From assembly GCA_963665235.2 (NCBI GenBank), contig CAXXLX010000001.1:2432001-2496000 (forward strand): a DNA stretch of 64,000 nt, written 5' to 3'. Under the pieces are notes generated by a model. That model saw only the letters and a list, made by a program, of their open reading frames with translations, was not told the origin of the DNA and made no database searches. The first letter of the stretch is position 1; every line of letters starts with the position of its first letter. This document shows positions 52,141 to 61,874 of the stretch, piece after piece. A program made the position numbers and the translations under genes. Source of the stretch: Candidatus Poribacteria bacterium. Its GTDB lineage: Bacteria > Poribacteria > WGA-4E > WGA-3G.

Positions 52141-54339
52141 TTATTTCCGTATTAACATCTTGCGCGTAACGGTGAAATCGCCTGCGGTGAGGGTATAGAA
52201 ATACACGCCGCTTGCAACAGACTCACCGAGTGCGTTTTTGCCATCCCAATAGGCGGCACGGTTTCGACTGTGATAAATACCGGCACGTTGATGTCCTAAG
52301 TCTAAATCCCGCACGACGCGGCCGTTGATGTCATAAATCGTCAACTTTACGTCTGATGCTTTGGCCAGTTGGTAGGGTATCCAGGTCTCTGGGTTGAATG
52401 GGTTTGGATAGTTCGCTAAAAGTTCGGTCTCTTTAGGTGTTAGTGCTGCCAAGAGCTGCTCTAAAAAGAGAATACCCTGTTGAAAGGTTGCATCTGTCAA
52501 ATTTAGCTTCTGGGCTTGGGATAGCCACTGCTGTACATCCGATTTTCTAAACATGTTTTCATAGCGCGCCCAAGCTGCTGGTGCAGCAGCCTTATTACCC
52601 AATGCGCCTGCAACTAACACCAGATCCACAATATCAATAATCCCATCCTTATTGACATCTGCCGGATTGCGCGGACCAGGAACAGTAGACGTGATATTAT
52701 CCAAGATATCATACCAAGCACGTTGCTGACTACTAGATAAACCACCACTGCTATCTGCTGCTAAATCAAGTTCAAAATTTAAAATGCTAATCATAATCAG
52801 GTCGTCGATATCAATAACCCCATCCTTATTAACATCTCCTATTTCCATTATGTGTGTTACAGAACTTTTACCGAAACTTGCGGCGACGAGTGTCAAATCT
52901 AAAATGTCTACAACACCATCAAGGTTAACATCCTCTCGTAGTCGTGGCCCCCCAACAACCATTGAATTTACTTGATCAAAGTGGGGAAGGTGTTTACCAA
53001 CACTATTAACTATTCTTGAGCTGGACAAGGTTAGGGTTGATTCTTTGATAGCAATAAATTCAAATGTTAGGGTTGCAAGAGTGCCGTCACCGCTGCTGCT
53101 GTCATTAACAGAGGTCGCGCCAAGTAGAACTTCATTTCCATCGACAACTGGGGCCACAAAAAACGAATCGTCCGGTAAATAATCTCCGTTCGCACTTGAA
53201 ACATAGCGAAGTGCCGTTGTATCGAAAAGCACCTTAGCTTGAAAACCAGTGATGTCTTTACCTGAAGTAATATTGATGTTAAGAGTTAGCCTGTCTCCGA
53301 TAGCTGCGGCATCTATTGGTAATGCCGTGATGTTCACACGGGTAGCAGGTGCCTTCCACAATCGGATGGTTTTTTCAACACCTCGGATGGTTTTGTCAGA
53401 ACTCCCACTTGCCAGCATTGAACCATCCGGACTGAACGATACGCTCCTGACCCTATCCGTATGCCCCGTGAGTGTTCTGATGTGTTGTCCCGTAGTCGCA
53501 TCCCACAAGCGGATGGTTTTGTCAGAACTCCCACTTGCCAGCATTGAACCATCCGGACTGAACGATACGCTCCTGACCCTATCCGTATGCCCCGTGAGTG
53601 TTCTGATGTGTTGTCCCGTAGTCGCATCCCACAAGCGGATGGTTTTGTCAGAACTCCCACTTGCCAGCAGTGAACCATCCGGACTGAACGATACGCTCCT
53701 GACCCAATCCGTATGCCCCGTGAGTGTTCTGATGTGTTGTCCCGTAGTCGCATCCCACAAGCGGATGGTATTGTCAGAACTCCCACTTGCCAGCAGTGAA
53801 CCATCCGCCGGACTAAACGCTACGCTATTGACCCAATCCGTATGCCCCGTGAGTGTTCTGATGTGTTGTCCCGTAGTCGCATCCCACAAGCGGATGGTAT
53901 TGTCCCCACTCCCACTTGCCAGCAGTGAACCATCCGCCGGACTAAACGCTACGCTACTGACCCAATACGTATGTCCTGTGAGTGTTCTGATATGTTGACC
54001 CGTTGTCGCATCCCATAAGCGGATGGTGTCGTCCCCACTCCCACTTGCGAGCAGTGCCCCATCCGGACTAAACGCTACGCTCCAGACAGAAGCCGTATGT
54101 CCTGTGAGTGTTCTGATATGTTGACCCGTTGTCGCATCCCATAAGCGGATGGTGTCGTCCCCACTCCCACTTGCGAGCAGTGCCCCATCCGGACTAAACG
54201 CTACGCTCCAGACATAATCCGTATGCCCTTTAAGAGTCGTATAGGAAATCTCGTGGGCAAAGGTGTTGGGTAAATAGATCGTTAAAATCAGAAGTATCAT
54301 CAAAGAAATGGAAATTTGCGTTTTTTTCATTACAAACAT
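52141..54339 (-). CDS. Secreted WD40 + cohesin + dockerin-like + FlgD-Ig/T9SS-like C-terminal domain protein
   Basis: 7 near-identical WD40 repeats; GDGTLATLTFE cohesin-like domain; three DVNxDGxxDIxDL motifs; LLANYPNPFNPETWIPYQL. Confidence 0.88.
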   Translation of the reverse strand: MFVMKKTQISISLMILLILTIYLPNTFAHEISYTTLKGHTDYVWSVAFSPDGALLASGSGDDTIRLWDATTGQHIRTLTGHTASVWSVAFSPDGALLASGSGDDTIRLWDATTGQHIRTLTGHTYWVSSVAFSPADGSLLASGSGDNTIRLWDATTGQHIRTLTGHTDWVNSVAFSPADGSLLASGSSDNTIRLWDATTGQHIRTLTGHTDWVRSVSFSPDGSLLASGSSDKTIRLWDATTGQHIRTLTGHTDRVRSVSFSPDGSMLASGSSDKTIRLWDATTGQHIRTLTGHTDRVRSVSFSPDGSMLASGSSDKTIRGVEKTIRLWKAPATRVNITALPIDAAAIGDRLTLNINITSGKDITGFQAKVLFDTTALRYVSSANGDYLPDDSFFVAPVVDGNEVLLGATSVNDSSSGDGTLATLTFEFIAIKESTLTLSSSRIVNSVGKHLPHFDQVNSMVVGGPRLREDVNLDGVVDILDLTLVAASFGKSSVTHIMEIGDVNKDGVIDIDDLIMISILNFELDLAADSSGGLSSSQQRAWYDILDNITSTVPGPRNPADVNKDGIIDIVDLVLVAGALGNKAAAPAAWARYENMFRKSDVQQWLSQAQKLNLTDATFQQGILFLEQLLAALTPKETELLANYPNPFNPETWIPYQLAKASDVKLTIYDINGRVVRDLDLGHQRAGIYHSRNRAAYWDGKNALGESVASGVYFYTLTAGDFTVTRKMLIRK

Positions 54340-54498
54340 TCTCCTTTTTGGATTTGTATTTTCGGTCTAACGGGTTTGCGTTCGATATTTTAACTCAAGT
54401 TGCCATAATGATAGCATGGTTTGAATCATAGGTCAAATAAAATTTGCGATTGGGTGGTAAAGTAGGGGCGGGGTTTCCCCGCCCGATTAGAAACCTCA

Positions 54499-55062
54499 CT
54501 ATAGTGCCAAAAAGTTTGCTAAAAGACTCTTCCCAGCAGCAGTCAAAATAGACTCCGGATGAAACTGAACTCCCCAGACAGGCAGTGTTTTATGCCGAAG
54601 TCCCATGATTTCGTCCTGAGCTGTCCATGCGGTAATTTCCAAGCAATCTGGCAATGTGTCTTTTTTCACAATGAGCGAATGATAACGCGTCGCTTCAAAA
54701 GGGTTATCCAAACCGTCGAAAAGTTCTGTGCCGTTATGCAGTATCATTGAGGTTTTACCGTGCATCAACCGCTCCGCACGGACAACCTCACCGCCAAACA
54801 CGTCCCCGATACACTGATGCCCGAGGCAGACCCCCAGAATTGGCACTTTTCCAGCGAAATGTTTTATGACATCGTTGGATATGCCCGCTTCCCGTGGCGT
54901 GCAGGGGCCGGGTGAAATAACGATGCGTTCGGGAGAAAGCGCGTCTAACGCCTCTATACCTATCTTTCGGCTGCGATGAATTTCTAATTCAGCGCCGAGC
55001 TCTCCCAAATACTGCACGAGGTTGTAGGTAAACGAGTCGTAGTTGTCAATCATCAAGACCAT
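54499..55062 (-). CDS. trpG: Anthranilate/aminodeoxychorismate synthase component II
   Basis: [29 protein letters not shown]. Confidence 0.92.
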   Translation of the reverse strand: MVLMIDNYDSFTYNLVQYLGELGAELEIHRSRKIGIEALDALSPERIVISPGPCTPREAGISNDVIKHFAGKVPILGVCLGHQCIGDVFGGEVVRAERLMHGKTSMILHNGTELFDGLDNPFEATRYHSLIVKKDTLPDCLEITAWTAQDEIMGLRHKTLPVWGVQFHPESILTAAGKSLLANFLAL

Positions 55063-55073
55063 CTTTTTGCCTC

Positions 55074-56612
55074 CTATAACAACAGGCCGTGTTCTGCCAT
55101 CTCAATAGCTCTGAGCACGGCACGTGCCTTATTCATGGTTTCATAATACTCATTTTCGGGTATGGAATCAGCAACGACACCTCCACCCGCTTGCACGTAA
55201 GCGATGCCATCTTTGATGACAGCCGTTCGAATGGTTATGGCTGTGTCGGCACTGCCAGAAAAACTGAAATAACCGACTGCCCCGCCATACGTACCCCGAC
55301 GTGTCGGCTCTAATTCGTCAATTATCTCCATTGCGCGGATTTTAGGTGCCCCAGAGAGTGTCCCTGCCGGTAAACAGGCACGCATAACATCAAAAGCGGA
55401 AACATTCTCGCGCAACCGTCCGATAACATGCGATACAATGTGCATCACATGTGAGAAACGTTCGATTATCATCAGCTCGGTTACCTCAACGGTCCGATAT
55501 TCACACACCCGGCCGAAGTCGTTTCGTCCTAAATCGACGAGCATGACGTGTTCTGCCCGTTCCTTCGGATCATTAATAAGTGTCTGTGCTAGTTCGTGGT
55601 CTTCCTCGGTTGTCTTACCGCGGGGACACGTGCCGGCTATTGGACGGTGCTGTGCAATTCCATCTTCTACCCGTACCATCATCTCTGGCGATGCACCCAC
55701 AATGTCAAAACCACCCAGCTTTAAATAGTACATATATGGGGAGGGGTTGACTACTCGCAATGCCCGATAAATATCAAACGAGTCAACGGATACCGGGCAG
55801 CTAAATCGCTGTGAAGGCACAACCTGTATGATGTCGCCTGCGGCGATGTATTCTTTGGCGCGCCGTACTGCGTCTTCGTAAGCGGGTTTTGTAAAATTTG
55901 ATTGTAGCACGCGTGAGGATTTAGACAGCTGTTCAACCCCCATGTTCTCACTATCTGTAGGATTGGTTTGTCGGGTTTCTCTATGTTCAACCCGACCTAC
56001 AAGATCGGGAAAAACCTTTAGTTTTTCGACCAATGCATCAATTTTCTCTATAGCCTCAGCGTAAGCTGCATTTACATCCCCGTCAATATGTGCATTAGCG
56101 ACAACTTTAATCTGATGATTTACATGATCGAAAATTAGAATTGTCTCTGTGAGCATGAAAAAGCAATCGGGGAGCTGCAGTTCATCTTCGGTCTCATCGG
56201 GCAGTTCTTCGACAAAGCGCACCATGTCGTAACTCATATAGCCGACTGCCCCGCCGTGGAACTGCGGTAACCCTTCAACTTCAACGGGGTGATATTTCTG
56301 CATCATGTCTTCAAGGACTTGCAGCGGGTCATCGCAGGTTAGTGAAACCTTCTCCCCTTTTGACAGATATTCGATTGTTACCTGATGTCCTTTGCTGTGA
56401 AAAAGCACAGAGGGTTGACTTCCGAGAAACGAGTAGCGAGCGACCGTTTCGCCGCCTTCAACGCTTTCTAGCAAGAACGCAAAGGTATCGGGCATTAATT
56501 TGTAAAAGGCGGACACCGGTGTCTCCATATCCGCCAAAATTGGGCGATAGACCGGTATCATGTTGCCTATTTTCGCTTTATCCTGAAATTCCTCCAACGT
56601 CGGATAATACAT
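55074..56612 (-). CDS. trpE: Anthranilate synthase component I
   Basis: [37 protein letters not shown]. Confidence 0.95.
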   Translation of the reverse strand: MYYPTLEEFQDKAKIGNMIPVYRPILADMETPVSAFYKLMPDTFAFLLESVEGGETVARYSFLGSQPSVLFHSKGHQVTIEYLSKGEKVSLTCDDPLQVLEDMMQKYHPVEVEGLPQFHGGAVGYMSYDMVRFVEELPDETEDELQLPDCFFMLTETILIFDHVNHQIKVVANAHIDGDVNAAYAEAIEKIDALVEKLKVFPDLVGRVEHRETRQTNPTDSENMGVEQLSKSSRVLQSNFTKPAYEDAVRRAKEYIAAGDIIQVVPSQRFSCPVSVDSFDIYRALRVVNPSPYMYYLKLGGFDIVGASPEMMVRVEDGIAQHRPIAGTCPRGKTTEEDHELAQTLINDPKERAEHVMLVDLGRNDFGRVCEYRTVEVTELMIIERFSHVMHIVSHVIGRLRENVSAFDVMRACLPAGTLSGAPKIRAMEIIDELEPTRRGTYGGAVGYFSFSGSADTAITIRTAVIKDGIAYVQAGGGVVADSIPENEYYETMNKARAVLRAIEMAEHGLLL

Positions 56613-56627
56613 GGATGTCTCCTTTGG

Positions 56628-56757
56628 CGATTAGCAATTGGCGATTAGCGATTAGCAATTGGCAAGAGAAAGAAGCCTCTGACGCGCATCAAAATTGTAG
56701 TCAGAATCACAAACTCTTGCTATTAGCCAATTGCCATTAGCCAACAGCCACTAGCCA
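56628..56757. repeat. Heptamer-flanked dispersed repeat
   Basis: (GCGATTA/GCAATTG)n, 60-bp core matching 42092-42158 inverted, (TAGCCAA)n. Confidence 0.7.
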
Positions 56758-57138
56758 TTAATACACTGCATCTGCTTCAAAAATTTTTTCACCTATAACA
56801 CGCGTTGCCGTTCCGTCGGGGGAGACTTCCCGAAAGAAGCAGGAACGGTAGCCGACATGACATGCTGCTACCTTCTGCTCAACCTTTATGAGCAGGGCAT
56901 CTCCATCGCAATCCACTGCGATAGATTTGACTGTCTGTGTATGCCCTGAAGTCTCCCCCTTTCGCCAGAGTTTTTGGCGGGAGCGGCTCCAGAAACAGAC
57001 ACGGCCGGTAGTCAGCGTCTCTTTTATCGCCTCCGTATTCATATAACCCAGCATCAACACTTCGTTATTTGTGTCGTCTTGGATTACTGCGGCGACTAAT
57101 CCATCGTTGTCATATTTTAGTTCGGATAAAATTTCCAT
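56758..57138 (-). CDS. hisI: Phosphoribosyl-AMP cyclohydrolase
   Basis: [33 protein letters not shown]. Confidence 0.96.
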   Translation of the reverse strand: MEILSELKYDNDGLVAAVIQDDTNNEVLMLGYMNTEAIKETLTTGRVCFWSRSRQKLWRKGETSGHTQTVKSIAVDCDGDALLIKVEQKVAACHVGYRSCFFREVSPDGTATRVIGEKIFEADAVY

Positions 57139-57162
57139 GATTTCTCCTTAGGCTGTCATCTT

Positions 57163-57206
57163 AAAAACAGAAAACCTCATGCCACTGCGGGGTGTGCATA
57201 AGGTTT
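57163..57206 (-). terminator. Attenuator terminator upstream of hisI-trpE-trpG
   Basis: AAACCTTATGC(A)CAC-CCCGCA-GTGGCATGAGGTTT followed by TCTGTTTTT. Confidence 0.75.
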
Positions 57207-57245
57207 AAAGGTAACGTCAAAATCGGTATTGACAAATTCGCTTGC

Positions 57246-57338
57246 TTAGCGCGCACACTCCCCCTTATCGGAATTGGAATGCCACCAATGCCAATCGTGT
57301 CCATTTGTATTTAGAGCGGAATATGCAGCAAATAACAT
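57246..57338 (-). CDS. His/Trp-rich leader peptide MLFAAYSALNTNGHDWHWWHSNSDKGECAR
   Basis: AAGGA RBS, ATG at 57338, CAC GAT TGG CAT TGG TGG CAT at 57299-57279, TAA at 57248-57246. Confidence 0.8.
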   Translation of the reverse strand: MLFAAYSALNTNGHDWHWWHSNSDKGECAR

Positions 57339-57422
57339 CGTTTTTTCTTTCCTTATTTGAGATTCATTGTAATTACAAAATCTACCATAGCTCGCTGCAC
57401 TTATGCGGAATCTGAAGTTGAT

Positions 57423-57656
57423 TTATCGATGGGCCTCCATATACGCTCGAAGCACTGTATTCATCCGCGTGTAGTAATCTTGCCCTTGTGCTTTGAACCA
57501 TTCCAAGATTTCAGGTTCAATCTGAAGGTAATTTTCAGGAACAATCCGCCGAGCATTTTCCCAAAAATCATCGGATAGTTCAGGGATTTCTGACGTATCA
57601 ATTGCGTCCTCAGGCAAGTCCTCAATTTCAGAGAACCGTGTTTTTGACAGCTGCAT
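57423..57656 (-). CDS. brnA: BrnA-family antitoxin
   Basis: IDTSEIPEL, ILEWFKAQGQDYYTRMNTVLRAYM; overlaps the toxin gene. Confidence 0.88.
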   Translation of the reverse strand: MQLSKTRFSEIEDLPEDAIDTSEIPELSDDFWENARRIVPENYLQIEPEILEWFKAQGQDYYTRMNTVLRAYMEAHR

Positions 57657-57954
57657 GGTATCTTCTCCTTTCTTTGAGGGTTGCTTTTCTGGCGGAGATA
57701 ATTTGTGTCTGCCCGTTCCTATTTGTGTGACAAACTACCAACACCGCGCCACCTCCAAGCGTTCCAATGGTAATCTCTCGAATCTCGGTTCGCTTGTGTT
57801 CATCGTAATAATCTCTGGGGTCGACTCTCGTGAAATGAACACTTTGAAAAATACGTATTGCTTCTTCAAATCGAATTCCATGCTTTTTGAGGTTCATTCG
57901 GTTTTTCTGCGTGTCCCACTCAAATTCCATTTCTATAACGCTATCCCGGTTCAT
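57628..57954 (-). CDS. brnT: BrnT-family toxin
   Basis: FEWDTQKNRMNLKKHGIRFEEA, IISARKAT..ERRRY. Confidence 0.9.
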   Translation of the reverse strand: MNRDSVIEMEFEWDTQKNRMNLKKHGIRFEEAIRIFQSVHFTRVDPRDYYDEHKRTEIREITIGTLGGGAVLVVCHTNRNGQTQIISARKATLKERRRYHAAVKNTVL

Positions 57955-58073
57955 TTATAGTAAAATCTGAAAACACGTTGCGTTGACAGTGCCAGGGAAA
58001 TTAACCACCCTGCCTCGATGTCGAGAGGAAAACCAAAGATTGAGGTCTCCAAATAATTGTAGACTTGACTGTA

Positions 58074-58102
58074 ATTATACCCTATTCCCAGGCGAATGTC
58101 AA
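58074..58102 (-). promoter_or_regulatory. Consensus sigma70 promoter toward brnT
   Basis: TTGACA-N17-TATAAT on the minus strand. Confidence 0.75.
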
Positions 58103-58118
58103 ATTTTTCAGAAAAAAT

Positions 58119-58148
58119 TTGACAAAAAATGGGATAATGTGGTATAAT
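58119..58148 (+). promoter_or_regulatory. Consensus sigma70 promoter for the riboswitch operon
   Basis: TTGACA-N18-TATAAT with TG extended -10. Confidence 0.75.
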
Positions 58149-58175
58149 TAACTTGTAAACAATTAAATAAACGAA

Positions 58176-58362
58176 CGGTTCAGGTGCCGGATTACGGAGA
58201 ATAGGGAAGAGCGGTGAGAATCCGCCACGGCCCCGCCACTGTGAACGATTAATGATTTCCATAAAAAACGGGAAATTTTTCGCTGGCAAAAACCACTGTC
58301 AAAAATTGAGATGGGAAGGTGCAAGCGGAGATGTTCAGAAGTCAGGAGACCTGCCTGAATCG
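58176..58362 (+). promoter_or_regulatory. Cobalamin riboswitch
   Basis: CAGGTG...AATAGGGAA.GCGGTGAGAATCCGC.ACGGCCCCGCCACTGT...CCACTG...GGGAAGG...B12 box AGTCAGGAGACCTGCC. Confidence 0.93.
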
Positions 58363-58452
58363 TGTTTCACGCTTATGCTTTCGCGGGAAAGCGAGGAAAC
58401 AAAGCACAGCGAGCTCTTGTTAGGTTCAGATGTTCACAACGTGCTGTCTTGT

Positions 58453-58489
58453 CCCCTGTTTTCCATAGAAAGCAGGGGTTTCTTGTTTC
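58453..58489 (+). terminator. Putative riboswitch expression-platform terminator
   Basis: CCCCTGTTTTC-CATA-GAAAGCAGGGG followed by TTTCTTGTTT, just upstream of the GGAGG RBS. Confidence 0.65.
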
Positions 58490-58504
58490 ATTACGGAGGT
58501 TTTA

Positions 58505-59782
58505 ATGAATACAATCTTTTTCCTACGGCGGCACTTCTTATGCACAAAACGTTCACGGTTTCACACGTTTCTATTGATAAGCACACTACTTTTTATGCTC
58601 CTGATGGGTTCTGCTTTCGGACAAACCGAGGTTCAGAACATAGCGGTTGTTGTAAATGCGCTGACGCATTTTGACTTGGGCATCACCACATCTCTCTCCA
58701 TTATAGATTTAGCAGAATCGGATGCAAAGCGGGCTGTTACGAACGATGTTGTCCCGCTCGGCAATGTGCCGAACGACCTTGTGATTCGTGGGCATCTTGC
58801 CTACGTAACCAACGCCTTTAGTGACAATATCCTGATTATCAACCTACAGCACCGAGAAATTGTCGACACGATAGCATTCCGTTCAGGCGCGAATCCCCAA
58901 AAACTCGCTTTTGTAAACGAGAACAAGATGTATGTCACCTGTGAGGGGGCCAATGAGGTGCATGTTGTAGATGTCGCTGCGAGACGTGTGACGAAGACGA
59001 TTATCGATATATTCAATAAACCTTTCGGTATCACGATTCTCAACGGGAAGGCGTACGTGACAAATTCTGCCTGGGAATATGATGTGGTGGAAAAGGCAGT
59101 CCGTTATCATCAGAGCAGTGTCACCGTAATTGATACGGTAACGGACACCGTCCTAAAGACAGTTCCGATGCCAACAAACGCCGGGGAGATTCTCAACGAT
59201 GGCGAGTCTACTGTTATTGTCAAAACAACAGGCGATTACAATCTCATTCCTGGAAACCTCGTTTTCATTGACTCGACGACTGATGAAATTGTCAAAACGG
59301 TGAAGCTGAGAATGACCCCAGGGTCTTTTGCAATCAATTCACAGAAACACCTATTTATTCAGGGAAGATTTCCAAGCCGAGGCCTCTTCATTTACGATGT
59401 AGTGGATATGAATTGGATTCGCGGGCTGTATACGCCAATCGTAGATGAGAATGATGGCTGGGGAATGACTTTTGCCCCAGATGACACTCTCTACATCGCT
59501 TATCCCGATTGGGGTGGAGGCGGTCAGGATGTCGTTCGTGTTCTGGGCACTGATGAAACATTCCACCAAACGTACCGGGTTGGGCATGGGGCTTCCATTG
59601 TGGCAATTGCACAACTCGTAATTCGGCCTGAGGATGTCAACGACGATGGGCTGGTTGACATAAGGGATTTAGTGATGATCAGTCAGAATCTCGGGCAAAG
59701 GGGGCAAGGAGTCCGTGGCGATGTTAATAAGGATGGCAAGGTTGATATTCTCGACCTAGTTCGTGTTGTTCAGCATTTCTAA
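58505..59782 (+). CDS. YncE/YVTN-type beta-propeller with C-terminal dockerin-like domain (candidate cobalamin-binding protein)
   Basis: Signal peptide (AFG-Q), AYVTN and MYVTC repeats, two DVNxDGxVDIxDLV motifs; first gene after the riboswitch. Confidence 0.8.
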   Translation: MNTIFFLRRHFLCTKRSRFHTFLLISTLLFMLLMGSAFGQTEVQNIAVVVNALTHFDLGITTSLSIIDLAESDAKRAVTNDVVPLGNVPNDLVIRGHLAYVTNAFSDNILIINLQHREIVDTIAFRSGANPQKLAFVNENKMYVTCEGANEVHVVDVAARRVTKTIIDIFNKPFGITILNGKAYVTNSAWEYDVVEKAVRYHQSSVTVIDTVTDTVLKTVPMPTNAGEILNDGESTVIVKTTGDYNLIPGNLVFIDSTTDEIVKTVKLRMTPGSFAINSQKHLFIQGRFPSRGLFIYDVVDMNWIRGLYTPIVDENDGWGMTFAPDDTLYIAYPDWGGGGQDVVRVLGTDETFHQTYRVGHGASIVAIAQLVIRPEDVNDDGLVDIRDLVMISQNLGQRGQGVRGDVNKDGKVDILDLVRVVQHF

Positions 59783-59832
59783 CGCGGATGGTTTATGGAG
59801 TATCAGGGTTATTTCGTTTAAGGTTTTGGACT

Positions 59833-61816
59833 ATGCGTAAATGGGTCGTGCTCGGGAGCTCGCTCCTACTTTTAACGTTGCTCCTCACTGGGTGTACACC
59901 GAAGTCGGAAGATGCTTCCCTGGCATGGCAGATTACGTTTTTTCCGCTCGGTGCCAAGATACAGTTTGAGCAACGAATCGCCGGTGGCGCAGGTTTCAGC
60001 CTTTAGTGCCGATGGAACGTTGGTCGCTCAACTCAATTTTCCCACACCGCCGCGTCAGATAGAAGTGCTTTATTTTGAATGGCGCGAGGCGGAGGTGTAT
60101 AGATTTGAGGCGACCTTATCCACTGGACAGGTTCACGTCCAAAGTGTGACTGCGCCCCGTGAACCTCCCCGCGGCAGCATAGAACTTGCTATTCCTTACG
60201 GCGTAGCACAGAAGATAGAGGCGGTACATTCCGCCGCTGAACCCCTCACAAAGGCACTTGTCTTACAAGGAGGTGAAATGACAGCCACGGTCGTCGTCAC
60301 GAACGGAAATGCACCGAGTGCGTTTGAGGTAGAGCTCTGCCTCCCCTCAACGTTTTCCATTGTTCAGGTGCCTATAGGTTGGAAATCTGAAACAACTGGT
60401 GCCGAAACCTGTTTGTCTACGACTGGCACATTTCGGATTACCTCGGAGGTCTACTATCGTGAGTTCGTTCTAAAGATTCCTGTAGAAAACACAGTGCCGA
60501 ACGGTGTTCAGGACATGCCTGTTACAATTAGAGGGAGGGTTCGCTTTAAAACGGATGCAGGCGAGATATCCGAACAGACAACATCGGTAATGTTGAACAT
60601 GGCGACGATTTCGGAGATTGCCGGGCATCTCTCTATAGAATCTATTCAGATGCCTACGGATGCGGTGGGCATCGCTGCCCTTCAGCAGCGACCCGATACC
60701 ATCGTTATGTTACGGAAACCTACGGAGAATGTCTACTATCGTTGGTTGGAAAAATTTGGAATAAAACCCCGCACCTCCCAGATTGATGTGTTTGAGCCGA
60801 TAGCTCACCAGACAGTGCGGCTCCGTAATCGGAGCGAGGAGACTATCCATGTCGTTGTCTCTTCCATCAATCGAGACGCGAAGAGTGGCGAGCCTCTGCT
60901 GTTTCTTGCACCGCCGGACGCAGTTAGTGCGGGTACCGGACAGAGTGTCGCTTTCGCCAGCTTACCGGGTGAGACAGTGACAGCCATTCCTTTGCCTCTC
61001 TACCTTCATCCACAAGCAGCTAAGGCGGGAACATACCAGCGGGAGATTGAGGTAAAAGTCTGGGGAAGTAATGCCACAATTCTTCGGGAACAACGACCAC
61101 TCTATCTCATCGTCCCGAATAGACATGCGCTGTTTGTAAGTATGGTGGCTATTGTTGTCAGCGGTATCGGATTGGCAGTGCTTCTGTGGTTTCACCAACG
61201 ATTTTTTGCCCGTTGGACAACGAAACAACTTATCGTCATTGCACTCTTCGGTACAACGATTTTTGTAACAGTTGTCGTACCCTCAACACTGTTTTTGAAC
61301 CTCATCCGCGCACTTCTCGGCCCCTTTGCTGGGTTGTTGAGCGGACTGATTAACGAGACACTCTACTATGCGTTGCTGACCGCGTTGCTTATCTATATTA
61401 ACGGTGCCCCCAGCGGTACCCGGAAACAAAGACACAATAAATTGTGTGATGATGTGCCAAATATGCAAGGCGGTGTCATCCTACTTGTCTCTGCTGTCCG
61501 CTTACTTCTCGGCGGTGTCATGTTTGGCAGTTTCACGCCGATGGAAATTGTCTATACTGGGACAAGTGTCATCCTGCTTGAGACAGGATTCCTACTTGTT
61601 CGAAGGCGTGGTTTATTTGCATGGGCGTTCGTGCTCGCTATATGCGATGCAATCGCTGTATATGTTGAGTTCCAGCTCTCTATCCTGTTCTATCGTCTCT
61701 TTTTCGCCGATTGGTATATCGTCCTTCGAATTATAGTAGAGGGATTCACCTATACCTTTATCGGCGTACTTCTGGGGGCAAGGTTGGGACGTGGATTGTG
61801 GAAGGTGGCTGAATAG
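59833..61816 (+). CDS. Lipoprotein with large extracytoplasmic region and multi-TM C-terminus resembling an ECF S component; one frameshift near 59965
   Basis: Lipobox LLTGC in the 59788 ORF; body in the 59912 ORF; about 6-7 TM helices starting WTTKQLIVIALFG. Confidence 0.65.
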
Positions 61817-61874
61817 ACATGGATAACTTATGTTACGAAAACCTTAGGAGCGGGCTGCTTGCCCGAATATTGAA

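Noticed and set aside
53249-53998. Long antisense and alternative-frame ORFs over the WD40 repeats (also 49344-50045, 38237-39025, 40575-41285)
   Set aside because: Shadow ORFs of well-supported genes, with no independent motifs.
52065-54790. Diversity-generating retroelement (template/variable repeat pair)
   Set aside because: No reverse transcriptase in the window; only two mismatches, and the partner is a core trpG segment.
57151-57304. 51-aa ORF MDTIGIGG... upstream of hisI
   Set aside because: No RBS and it runs through the terminator; the overlapping His/Trp leader frame explains the region better.
59788-60006. Separate small lipoprotein gene
   Set aside because: Overlaps the 59912 ORF, whose own N-terminus looks non-coding; one indel near 59965 fuses them.
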